NCBI GenBank assembly: GCA_021799085.1
Contig: JAJZBD010000002.1
Span: forward strand, 103,376 to 167,375
Direction: 5' to 3'
Length of the DNA: 64,000 nucleotides
Source: Nanobdellota archaeon
GTDB lineage: Archaea > Nanobdellota > Nanobdellia > Parvarchaeales > Parvarchaeaceae
The notes under the pieces are model-generated. The model searched no databases. It had not been told where the DNA came from and saw nothing but the letters and a program-made list of their open reading frames with translations. Numbering within the stretch: the first letter of the stretch is position 1; each line of letters begins with the position of its first letter. The position numbers and the translations under genes are program-made. Of this stretch, positions 29,895 to 38,752 are shown piece after piece.

Positions 29895-29910
29895 CTATAG
29901 ACCTTTTTGA

Positions 29911-29931
29911 TTAGACTTATCTATAGTCTAA
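29911..29931. promoter_or_regulatory. Inverted repeat TTAGACT-N7-AGTCTAA upstream of the 29993 promoter
   Basis: Perfect 7-bp arms; an overlapping pair GACTATAGA/TCTATAGTC is also present. Confidence 0.35.
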
Positions 29932-29992
29932 ACGGATAAAAATGGTTAAAGAAAAAGAAAGCCTTAAATATATGCAGCATTCAAGTAATTAA

Positions 29993-30055
29993 ATGAAATC
30001 ACTTAAAAGTATAGAGGCATGCGGTCCGATGACAACCGCTTTGGTTCATAGGTAG
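29993..30055 (+). CDS. 20-aa leader ORF MKSLKSIEACGPMTTALVHR
   Basis: ATG about 25 nt after TATA-like CTTAAATA, the spacing of leaderless genes here; followed by a structured, U-rich leader. Confidence 0.4.
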   Translation: MKSLKSIEACGPMTTALVHR

Positions 30056-30183
30056 AATCACATACACAGACATACTTGATTTTATAGCGTTTTCTTTTCT
30101 TCTGGTATCTATAATGTATAGAAATACTGCTAATTCTCGTTTTCTTCGGGTTTTTGCCGAAATTAAAAAACAGGAGGTATAAA

Positions 30184-30970
30184 ATGGAAAACAAAGGAAA
30201 GGAAAAGCAGAAATCGACAAAAATTGGCAGTTTGAATGACGTGCTGTCACAAAACAGTGATTTTGTTCATATCAGAAGCTAAAAATGGCTTTTGTATAAG
30301 AGATTACAGAGAAGATGACTTTGCTGGAATTTACAAAGTATATAAATCAGCATTCTCTGAGGAACCCTGGAATGAGTACAAAAAATGCAGCTTATGCAAG
30401 GTTAATTATGGAATAAAAGAAAGTAATGATCCTGCAGAGAACTGCAAAAAATGTAGTAAGCCACTGAAATTAGAGGATTACTGGACTGAAAAGGACGTAA
30501 GTGACGACATAAGCTACGCAAAATCCAAGGAATGGAATTCCGTACTTGTTGCGGATTCGGGTGGGGAAATACTTGGGTTTACTTGGGCTTATAACATCAG
30601 CATAGAAAAAGACATGAATTTTCTTAAAGGAGCACAGAATATGGACTGCTCAAAAAAGACAATTTATGTCGATGAAGTTGCTACTGCTGCTAACTCCCGC
30701 GGCAAAGGAGTAGCAACCGAACTGGAAAAGAAACTGTTTTCCAAGGCCGAAAACGCTGGCTTTGAATATGTAATTCTAAGAACTGACGAAAGAAACATTG
30801 CTGCAATTAATCTCTACAGAAAGCTTGGCTTTGAAAGATTACTTTACGGCGTATCTGAAACCAACGAAAGCAAATACGCATATGACCCCGAATTTAATTC
30901 TAGGGTTTATTTAGTAAAGAAGCTTCTGCCAGGTGAAAACATTGGAGGAAACAACGAATGCAAGTCGTAG
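30184..30970 (+). pseudogene. GNAT acetyltransferase with CxxC...CxxC insert, split by a +1 frameshift near 30251-30264
   Basis: SD AGGAGGT + ATG 30184 opens 32 codons (stop 30282); GNAT body (YVDEVA...RGKGVA, N.AA..LY.KLGF) is in the +1 frame. Confidence 0.65.
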
Positions 30971-30971
30971 T

Positions 30972-31021
30972 GGATTCTGGGCCACTTCCGCAAGTAGCAG
31001 GGGTGGCCAGGTCCTTTTTTT
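30972..31021 (+). terminator. GC-rich stem-loop followed by U7
   Basis: GGAT.CTGG.GCCAC.TTCC / GGGG.TGGC.CAG.GTCC pairing then TTTTTTT, ending 3 nt before the M20 ATG. Confidence 0.55.
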
Positions 31022-31024
31022 GAT

Positions 31025-32050
31025 ATGGAAGAAAAAAATATTGCTAAATTGGCGATGGATCTCGTAAGAATACCATCTATTTCCGGAGAGGAAATGGAAG
31101 TGGGTAATTTTTTGAAAGATCTGCTAGCTAAGGATTTCACCATAAAAACGCAGAAGGTTGGGAATAGAATCAATGTTTTTGCTTTTACTGGCAGACCCAA
31201 ATTGATGCTCACAACGCACATGGACACTGTTCCGGGAACGCCGAAAATTGCAGAAGACTCTAAATTTATCTACGGTAGAGGCTCGTGCGATGCCAAAGGC
31301 GCTATAGCCGCAATGGTTTCTGCAGCGTTGGCTGCTTTGGAAGGTGGACTAAATGATTTTTGCCTGCTTTTTGACGTAGACGAAGAAAACGAATTTGAAG
31401 GCATAAAAAAGGCAATTAAAATGGTAAATCCGGAATTTGTCGTGGTCGGTGAACCCTCCTCTCTTAAGCTAGTAAACGGACAAAAAGGCCTTTTGCAATT
31501 TGATTTAAGCCAAAAAGGAAGGGCAGCCCCAGCTTCCCTACCGCAAAGGGGTCTTTCAGCAATAAATAAACTATTGCTTGATTTAAACAAAATCGCCAAG
31601 ATTAAACTGCCAAAAAATAAATTTCTCGGGGAAACTACAATGAATATCGGTAAAATAAATGGAGGGCGGGCGGCAAATATCATACCAGATTATGCGTATG
31701 CAAAAATTGACGTTAGAACTTCAAGTAGAAACAGCGAAATAAAGCAACTTTTCAGGAAAGCTGCTATTAACGGAAAACTGAAAACGGAGCTAGATTTTGA
31801 GCCGGCATTCAATGATTTATATGACCTTCCAAAGTTGCTTGGGCTTAAAACAATGGTAGCTTCCTATTTTACAGAGATGTATTTCTGGAGAAAAAAGGCA
31901 AATACGGTTGTTTTCGGGCCGGGAGATTACAGATATGCACACTCTGCATTTGAGAAGGTATCAAAGAAAGAATTGTTAAAAGCGGCTGAAATCTACCTTG
32001 AAATTATAAAGCTTGATTCAAAGGGCATGCTTCCTAGCAATGATCCATAA
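31025..32050 (+). CDS. M20 metallopeptidase/deacylase (ArgE/LysK/DapE-like)
   Basis: SISGEE, HMDTV, GRGSCDAKG, DEE, GEP, GPGD...AH...E. Confidence 0.88.
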   Translation: MEEKNIAKLAMDLVRIPSISGEEMEVGNFLKDLLAKDFTIKTQKVGNRINVFAFTGRPKLMLTTHMDTVPGTPKIAEDSKFIYGRGSCDAKGAIAAMVSAALAALEGGLNDFCLLFDVDEENEFEGIKKAIKMVNPEFVVVGEPSSLKLVNGQKGLLQFDLSQKGRAAPASLPQRGLSAINKLLLDLNKIAKIKLPKNKFLGETTMNIGKINGGRAANIIPDYAYAKIDVRTSSRNSEIKQLFRKAAINGKLKTELDFEPAFNDLYDLPKLLGLKTMVASYFTEMYFWRKKANTVVFGPGDYRYAHSAFEKVSKKELLKAAEIYLEIIKLDSKGMLPSNDP

Positions 32051-32111
32051 TTTTTGGTCATTTATTTTAGAACCAATTAAGAATTAAATACTACACTGGT
32101 TTTAATCAATT

Positions 32112-33065
32112 ATGGAAAATCTCGCTGTAAGAATAAGGAACTTGAGTAAGATTTATGAAAACGGCGGGAAGGTGACAAAAGCGCTAAAAAATATAAATCT
32201 GGACATAAAAGAAGGGGAAATATTGGGGGTACTTGGCCCAAATGGCGCAGGAAAAACTACTTTAATAAACATTTTGGCAACATTGCTTATCCCTGAAAAA
32301 GGCACTATCGATGCATTCGGCATAGATGTGTTGAAGGAATCAAACAAGCTTAGGGAAATTATAGGATATGCTGGACAAGACAGCGAAAAATCCGCATATT
32401 ATAGACTTACGGCTTTCGAAACTTTGGTGTATTTTGCGTACACGTTTAGAAATGTAAAAAAAGAGGACATAGAAAAGGAAATAAGGTATATAAGCAAAAA
32501 GATAGGCTTCTCGCGAAAATTAAACAGCCAGTTCTCTACGTTATCCGGCGGTGAAAAACAAGCTACGGTTATAATGCGTGCATTGGTCCACAAACCAAGA
32601 CTGTGCTTCCTTGATGAACCTTCAAAGTCACTTGATCCAGTAACAGCCAAAAAATTCAGAGCTTTTTTGAAAGCTTTTGTAAGAAAAGAGAATATCACAA
32701 CGATAGTCACAACCCACAATATGTCCGAGGCGGAAGAGATATGTGATAGAATAGTGCTAATAGACAAAGGAAGAATAAAATTTATTGGTACTCCATTGGA
32801 ATTCAAAAATATCATGGATTATACAGACAAAATAACGCTTGATATGCACTTAAGTAGGCCGATAATATCAAAACTTAAGAAGATACCTTCAGTAGTAAGA
32901 GTAAAACAGACAACTAGATCAACGGTTATATACACAAATAAAGTAAACCTGTCGCTTTTGGCAGTAACCTCTATACTGAAAAATGAAAACTTAGAACCAA
33001 AAATAATCGTAAGGAGCGCTACTGTAGAAGATGCATTCGTAAAGGTAATGGAAAATGGCAAATAA
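32112..33065 (+). CDS. ABC-2 exporter ATP-binding subunit
   Basis: GPNGAGKTT, LSGGEKQ, FLDEP, TTH. Confidence 0.93.
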   Translation: MENLAVRIRNLSKIYENGGKVTKALKNINLDIKEGEILGVLGPNGAGKTTLINILATLLIPEKGTIDAFGIDVLKESNKLREIIGYAGQDSEKSAYYRLTAFETLVYFAYTFRNVKKEDIEKEIRYISKKIGFSRKLNSQFSTLSGGEKQATVIMRALVHKPRLCFLDEPSKSLDPVTAKKFRAFLKAFVRKENITTIVTTHNMSEAEEICDRIVLIDKGRIKFIGTPLEFKNIMDYTDKITLDMHLSRPIISKLKKIPSVVRVKQTTRSTVIYTNKVNLSLLAVTSILKNENLEPKIIVRSATVEDAFVKVMENGK

Positions 33066-33870
33066 TATTAAGGAAATGTTTAAAATATTCCGCATGACAT
33101 TGTGGATGAACATTACCTTGCTTAAGAGATATCATTCAAATTTCATATTCTGGGTAGCTTACGCAATAGCAAACGCCGCTTTAATGCTTCTTTTTGTGCC
33201 GCTTTATTCAGCTTCTATTTCTGCAATAGGCACTAAAAGCATCGTTTCTTTTATTCTTATAGGCGCTTCGATGCTGCCGCTTCTTGAAGAAACGGTTTCT
33301 AGCGTGGCCGGAGATGCTAACTTTCAGCTGTGGTCCGGGATTATAAACTACTCGTTTACTACTCCCATATCTAGATACATCTACTTCAGTTTAAACAACC
33401 TGTCTGAAGTAACAATCTCTCTTATGATCTATTCTCCAATTTACTTAACTGCAATAATTTTTGCCTTTAATTATTTAACCCCTTTAGGTATCCTGCTTTC
33501 AATAGTATGCTTCATCATAGGATTTTTTAGCATGCTCCAGTTAGGGCTTATGATAGGAGCCGGAATGCTGCTTTTTAAGAGAGTAGAAGCATTGGAGGGC
33601 ATAGTTATCCTATTTATTACATTCCTAAGTGGAGCCTTTATACCATTACAGGTGCTGCCAAGTTCAATAAATTACGCAGCTTTATTTGTACCTTTGACCT
33701 CTAGTCTTTACCTTGTAAGGTATTATCTTATTGGATCCTCATTGATAGCCCCCGTATATTTAATGTGGATTATTACAATAAGCGAATTAATAGTATTTGC
33801 AGTAATGGCCAAGTTTATATTCAGAGCTGCTGAAAGGAAGGCGGAAAAAATAGGTTTTAACTACATATAA
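33055..33870 (+). CDS. ABC-2 exporter permease
   Basis: 6 TM, LSGAFIP...LP...PLT motif; overlaps the ATPase gene. Confidence 0.85.
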   Translation: MANNIKEMFKIFRMTLWMNITLLKRYHSNFIFWVAYAIANAALMLLFVPLYSASISAIGTKSIVSFILIGASMLPLLEETVSSVAGDANFQLWSGIINYSFTTPISRYIYFSLNNLSEVTISLMIYSPIYLTAIIFAFNYLTPLGILLSIVCFIIGFFSMLQLGLMIGAGMLLFKRVEALEGIVILFITFLSGAFIPLQVLPSSINYAALFVPLTSSLYLVRYYLIGSSLIAPVYLMWIITISELIVFAVMAKFIFRAAERKAEKIGFNYI

Positions 33871-33909
33871 TCTGAAAATATTTAAATTTGGCTAATTACA
33901 AGTAAAAGA

Positions 33910-34680
33910 ATGGAAAATAAAGAACTTTTAGCAATTCTTAAGTACCTTGACAGAAACTGGAATGAACCAGAAGAAGTTGAAGATGAAATGATAAAAACGT
34001 TGAATGAACACAAAATTCCAAGGCTTGTCGAATTAGGAAGGACTCCTTTACCTACAGAATACGGGCCTATGACTTACATTGTCTTTGGAGATTATGCCAC
34101 TGGAAAAGAACATGATATTGCAGTTTTTGGTAAATTCAATGGCAAAAAACTTAAATCTTATAGTTATCCCCTTGTGAGAGTTCATTCGTCCTGCAGAAGC
34201 AGTGAGCTTTTCCATGCGATAAACTGCGAATGCAGGCAGGAACTTGATTTAGCGTTGAAACAGATGTCAAAAGAGAAGAAAGGGGTATTGATCTACTTAA
34301 ATCAGGAAGGTGCGGGAAACGGGATAAAAGCAAAGCTTGCTGCTTATAAAAACATCTTTAACCTTAAGAATGGCATCATTTCTGTAAAGAAGGACAAAAA
34401 AGGAAGGCAATTGAGCGTTTATGAGGGATACGCAAAGGCGGGTTACAAAAGCGAACACAGGGACTTTGGGGTAGCTGCAGCTATCCTTAAAACTTTAGGA
34501 ATTAATTCTGTCAGACTCATGACAAATAATCCAAATAAAATAGAAGGATTGACTTCTAATGGAATAAGGGTAAAGCCGGTTGGAATACACATCAAACCAA
34601 CAAATGAAATAATGAAAAGGAATTTAATTATGAAAGCAGAAAAACTAGGACATAATATAACGGCTGACGACCTTAAATGA
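33910..34680 (+). CDS. ribA: GTP cyclohydrolase II (RibA-like) with N-terminal extension
   Basis: LPTEYG, VRVHSSC-x10-CEC, QEGAG, K..AY, RDF, RLMTNNP.K, K.GH. Confidence 0.85.
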   Translation: MENKELLAILKYLDRNWNEPEEVEDEMIKTLNEHKIPRLVELGRTPLPTEYGPMTYIVFGDYATGKEHDIAVFGKFNGKKLKSYSYPLVRVHSSCRSSELFHAINCECRQELDLALKQMSKEKKGVLIYLNQEGAGNGIKAKLAAYKNIFNLKNGIISVKKDKKGRQLSVYEGYAKAGYKSEHRDFGVAAAILKTLGINSVRLMTNNPNKIEGLTSNGIRVKPVGIHIKPTNEIMKRNLIMKAEKLGHNITADDLK

Positions 34681-34781
34681 CCCTTGCCAGAAAAAAGGCA
34701 GCCTTAAATTTTCTTTGGTTTAATAGGTTACAATTAACTGCCCCATTAATTTAAATACCTGCAGTTATCTTATAATACCAA

Positions 34782-35076
34782 ATGGAAGGCAAGATTAGAA
34801 GAACATTGGAAGCATTGACAGAGATAGCCTTGAATAGGAATCAGCTACTTATACTTAAAGAAATGGGGGAAAGCCCCTGGCAAATCAGCTTATAAGGTCC
34901 TTAAAGCAATAGAAGAAAAGCACAACGTAAGAAGTTCTACTTTAAAATTAAATGCAAGATCACTTAGAAGAATCGGCTTAATAGAGTTCGGCAAGGGCAA
35001 AAACGCAGAACTTACAATCAACGGGAAGGTAATACTTTCCGTTATAAAAGACATGGAGGTAGAACATGGAAAATAG
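34782..35076 (+). pseudogene. Winged-helix regulator split by a +1 frameshift at GGGGG/CCCC (34865-34877); absent from ORF track
   Basis: Joined frames give MEGKIRRTLEALTEIALNRNQLLILKEMGES/PGKSAYKVLKAIEEKHNVRSSTLKLNARSLRRIGLIEFGKGKNAELTINGKVIL, a coherent wHTH. Confidence 0.7.
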
Positions 35077-35750
35077 AGGGGAAAAGTATAAAACAATGAC
35101 GTTTGATAGGAACATTTACCGGTGGCAGGGAAACCTTCAGGCTTAAAAGTGAAAACCCGGCAAAACTAAGCAAAAAAACACTGGATGAAATTGTGGAGTT
35201 CACGGTAAAAACCTTTCAAAGTGGAATGACAGAAGCAGAAGTTATGGACCATATAAAGGATAATGACCTTTTCTTGGTATTGTACAAAGGCAAGAAAGCT
35301 ATAGGCTTTGCAGGCTCGAAGTATCTTAATAATAAAAATAACCTAAAGAAACATGCTTACTTCTCAGCAGCCGTCGTTTCAAGCGATTTTCAAGGCAGGA
35401 GACTATACAATGAACTTGTAAAAGCAAGGGTAGATGAAGCATTTGCACTAGGTTTTGACACAATAAGTACGAGGACTCAAAATCCTCTTGTCGAATTTAC
35501 CATAAGAGCGGAACTAAACATGAGAACAAACCTAAATTACATATCTGACTACTCAGTTGACAGAAAATTAATATCAGCGGTATTTGGACGCAGGCTTACT
35601 GAAAAGTTGCAAACATGCAGATACGAGTCAATAAATGAAGAGTATCGTAAACTCGATATTGACAAAGGTGACGGATACTACCTGACATTTAATTTGAAAA
35701 GGTATAAAAAAGATGACATGAAAGATAAGGCAGTTGCAGGCCGTATATGA
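35066..35750 (+). CDS. GNAT-fold acetyltransferase; probable true start 35066 needs a +1 frameshift near 35100-35135
   Basis: SD GGAGGT + ATG 35066 overlapping the wHTH end; body (AAVVS.DFQGRRL, TRTQNP) is in the +1 frame from 35103. Confidence 0.6.
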
Positions 35751-36463
35751 TAATAGATTTTCATACCCATTCCGGTGTGAGCTTTGATAAATCGACTTTT
35801 AATGAATTACAGAGAAAAATGCAGCAAATGGGGATAGAAAGGGCAGTCATATTCCCAAGCACGCAGGAATCCTACCAAAAATTGATGCAAAAGAACGTTG
35901 AAACACTGGATAATGCAGGTAAGTTCTTTATTCCTTTTTTGAGGTTTAACCCAAAAACCATTAAGAAGGAGGAATTTGAAGCGCTGCAGAAGGGATTTTA
36001 TGGCTTAAGGCTGACCCCTCGGGGAGAAAACTTTGACCCGTTGGACAAAAGCCTGGAAAGGATATTCGAGACAATAGAAAAAACGGGAAAACCTGTAATA
36101 ATTCATTCAAGAAAAGAAAACAATATTAACACGGATCCTGACAGGATAATAGAGCTAGCAAAGATGTATCCAAAAATAAACTTCGTATTTGCCCATTTTG
36201 CAAATGACTCCGACATTTTCTTTTCAAAGATAAATGAACTTGAAAATGCATACGTGGACACGTCTGTTGTATCCTCTCCCTTTATAATAGAGAGAAGAGT
36301 AAAAGAAATAACATCAAAGAAGATAGTGTTCGGCTCCGATTACCCTTTCTCTGATCAGGAGATAGAACTGCTTAAGGTAAAAAAAGCGGAAATATCTGAA
36401 ATGAAAAAAGAGGATATTTTTTATGGAAATGCAAAAAAACTGCTAAACCTGCAAAAAGTTTAG
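35747..36463 (+). CDS. Amidohydrolase family 2 (TIM-barrel metallohydrolase)
   Basis: IIDFHTH, PVIIH, FAHF, YVDTS, FGSDYP. Confidence 0.88.
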   Translation: MIIDFHTHSGVSFDKSTFNELQRKMQQMGIERAVIFPSTQESYQKLMQKNVETLDNAGKFFIPFLRFNPKTIKKEEFEALQKGFYGLRLTPRGENFDPLDKSLERIFETIEKTGKPVIIHSRKENNINTDPDRIIELAKMYPKINFVFAHFANDSDIFFSKINELENAYVDTSVVSSPFIIERRVKEITSKKIVFGSDYPFSDQEIELLKVKKAEISEMKKEDIFYGNAKKLLNLQKV

Positions 36464-36520
36464 CTTCTTGAAATTTAAACTAAATTATTAAACTTTGTAT
36501 GATGATTAATCTTATTGTAT

Positions 36521-37528
36521 ATGGCTGAAAATGTTTCTCGCATAAGAAAGGCGGTTAACGGCATAAAAAGCAGACAACTGGATTTAAACACTCCAATAAA
36601 ACTTCAAAGCATACAGCCCATAACCTCGGGAGAAACGCATTACAATTATCTTTTAACAATAAACGACAGAAAATTCCTGTTAAGGCTTACCTCCGTAAGA
36701 AAAGATGATAAAGGCGGAAACAGTTGGGGGGCCGCAAGGATAGACCTGGAATTTAATGGCATAAAAAGCTTGGAAAAATTAGGAATTGCCCCAAAAGTCT
36801 ATTACAAAGACACTTCATGTAAAATCCTAAGCAAGCCATTTATTATATCCGAGTATGTTGCTGGTAGACCAATAACAATGATGACCGAAAAAGACTTAAA
36901 ATCCCTGGCTTTAATTCTTGCAGAGCTGCATAAGATACACAATGTAAAAGGATTAAGAAGGGAACCAGTCAAAAACTACAACAGAAAGTACATTGAAAAA
37001 AGAGTTGACATCATAACAGATCCTGATTTTAAATACGTAAACAATCGATTCAAGGCCAATCTAAGGGAAGCATACAAAAGGATAAAGAACATAAAACTGA
37101 GAAGACAAAGGCTCTCAGTAATACATGGGGATGTTAGCAAAGACAACCTGCTGCGGACTAAAAACGGCTTGAAACTGATAGACTGGGAAAGCGTAAGGCT
37201 ATCGGAGCCGCAGTTTGAGATTGCCACGGCCCTGGAGAGGCTGAATCTCACAGGAAGGAAAAGGAGGATCCTACTTTCCGAATACCTAAAGCATTCCGAC
37301 AAGTCCAATCTGGAGGATCTGAGGGAATACGAAAAAATCAGGTGTTTTGACAGGCTTCTTTGGTCTATTTCGGAATTCGCAAAATTAAGGCAAGGAATAA
37401 CAGAGAAGGAAAAAGCAAGGCACAAATCCCCGTCAAAATACACTGCAAATGCACACAGGGAACTCTTAAGGTGCGAGGCGTTAGGGTTATTTCCCAAGCA
37501 AACTGTGTTGATAATATGCCAAAAATAG
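36521..37528 (+). CDS. Aminoglycoside phosphotransferase/choline-kinase family
   Basis: FLLR, E...L..L..LGIAPK, IHGD....N, LIDWE. Confidence 0.85.
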   Translation: MAENVSRIRKAVNGIKSRQLDLNTPIKLQSIQPITSGETHYNYLLTINDRKFLLRLTSVRKDDKGGNSWGAARIDLEFNGIKSLEKLGIAPKVYYKDTSCKILSKPFIISEYVAGRPITMMTEKDLKSLALILAELHKIHNVKGLRREPVKNYNRKYIEKRVDIITDPDFKYVNNRFKANLREAYKRIKNIKLRRQRLSVIHGDVSKDNLLRTKNGLKLIDWESVRLSEPQFEIATALERLNLTGRKRRILLSEYLKHSDKSNLEDLREYEKIRCFDRLLWSISEFAKLRQGITEKEKARHKSPSKYTANAHRELLRCEALGLFPKQTVLIICQK

Positions 37529-37652
37529 GTATTTAATATTAGGTTAACGGACTTTTGTGCGGTTATCATAAAAATATGTATATTAGTAACTTCTTTATAA
37601 TAGTAAACTATTTATATATGTAAACTTCTATAATAGTTATTAAAAGGAGGTT

Positions 37653-38233
37653 AACATGGAAAGCAAACTGGATTTGATTTTATTAGAAGAGCTAACTAGA
37701 AAGTACGGTGCTGTAGGCCCTTTTACTGGACATGTTACAGGAGCTGAGAAAAGAAGCGATTCCGAGGTTGATTCCTACCGTCTCGACATAGATAATGGGG
37801 ACAGTAGACTGGAAATAAACATGCTTGAAGTTGGCAAAAATACGGCTGGCGAATCAAAGGTTATATACTTAAGTTTGAATACGAGGAGGAAACCGTATGA
37901 TGATTATAAGAGAATTCTAGATTACAGACATGCAGTCGATCGGTTTAAAAAGCTGACATTATTCACCGGAGGCGGACACAGAAAGAGAGATTATCCCAAA
38001 GATGCCCCCAAATTTTATCCTGCCATCTCTTGCTGGTGGACATGCTACGGAAAGGAATCCGATTCGGCTTTCGTTGAACTGAAATACACTAACAGCGTAA
38101 AGATTGCTTTAGACTCCCTCAAAAAGTTTGCCTACGACAAGGAAGGCTTCGAAAAATTAATCCAATAAGAGGCATAAGCGAAACAACATGGAAAGCAAAC
38201 TGGATTTGATTTTATTAGAAGAGCTAACTAGAA
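37653..38233 (+). repeat. Identical 49-nt direct repeat (37653-37701 and 38185-38233) covering the starts of the two tandem genes
   Basis: AACATGGAAAGCAAACTGGATTTGATTTTATTAGAAGAGCTAACTAGAA present twice. Confidence 0.95.
37656..38168 (+). CDS. Lineage-specific hypothetical protein, tandem copy A
   Basis: SD AAGGAGG; homologous along its length to 38188..38625. Confidence 0.75.
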   Translation: MESKLDLILLEELTRKYGAVGPFTGHVTGAEKRSDSEVDSYRLDIDNGDSRLEINMLEVGKNTAGESKVIYLSLNTRRKPYDDYKRILDYRHAVDRFKKLTLFTGGGHRKRDYPKDAPKFYPAISCWWTCYGKESDSAFVELKYTNSVKIALDSLKKFAYDKEGFEKLIQ

Positions 38234-38625
38234 GGTATGGGAAGACGGAGAACGATTCTTTTCTTGGAGAAAAAAGGAATTTCAGCACTAATTCCTACTT
38301 TCTTGACATAAACGAAGGAAGAAGCGGAATTGAAGTGCGTATGCACGAATACCCTGCTGGCAACTCAAAGGTTATAAACTTGGAGTTATATGCAAAGAGC
38401 GGTCCATTTGGTGACTACAGGAGGATTTTAAATTACACACGTGGACTAAGCGATGAGAAAAACCTTACTTTATTTACCGGAAACAAGTACAAAGAGAATA
38501 GAAATTACAGCAAAGATGACTCAACCTTCATTGAAATGAAATACACCAAGAACGTAAAGACTGCCATAAATATCCTTAAAAATTTTGCCTATAACAAAGA
38601 AGCATTCGAAAAATTGGCTCAATAA
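38188..38625 (+). CDS. Lineage-specific hypothetical protein, tandem copy B
   Basis: Shares MESKLDLILLEELTR, SKVI, RIL.Y, LTLFTG, KYT..VK.A, FAY.KE.FEKL.Q with copy A. Confidence 0.75.
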   Translation: MESKLDLILLEELTRRYGKTENDSFLGEKRNFSTNSYFLDINEGRSGIEVRMHEYPAGNSKVINLELYAKSGPFGDYRRILNYTRGLSDEKNLTLFTGNKYKENRNYSKDDSTFIEMKYTKNVKTAINILKNFAYNKEAFEKLAQ

Positions 38626-38752
38626 AGAGGCACAAGGCCATATCCCCAACAATTTTGGCTTTGCGGATAGTTTTCTTTGATTTTATGTGTTATGCAGATA
38701 TTACTCACCGTATGGAATTAAACTTTATATAATGTCTTTTCCAATAGTTTCA

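Noticed and set aside
30968-31027. In-frame TAG read-through (pyrrolysine-like) fusing GNAT to M20 across a hairpin
   Set aside because: Needs two TAGs to be read through, TAG is an ordinary stop elsewhere in the window, and no pyl genes are seen; in-frame spacing has a 1-in-3 chance.
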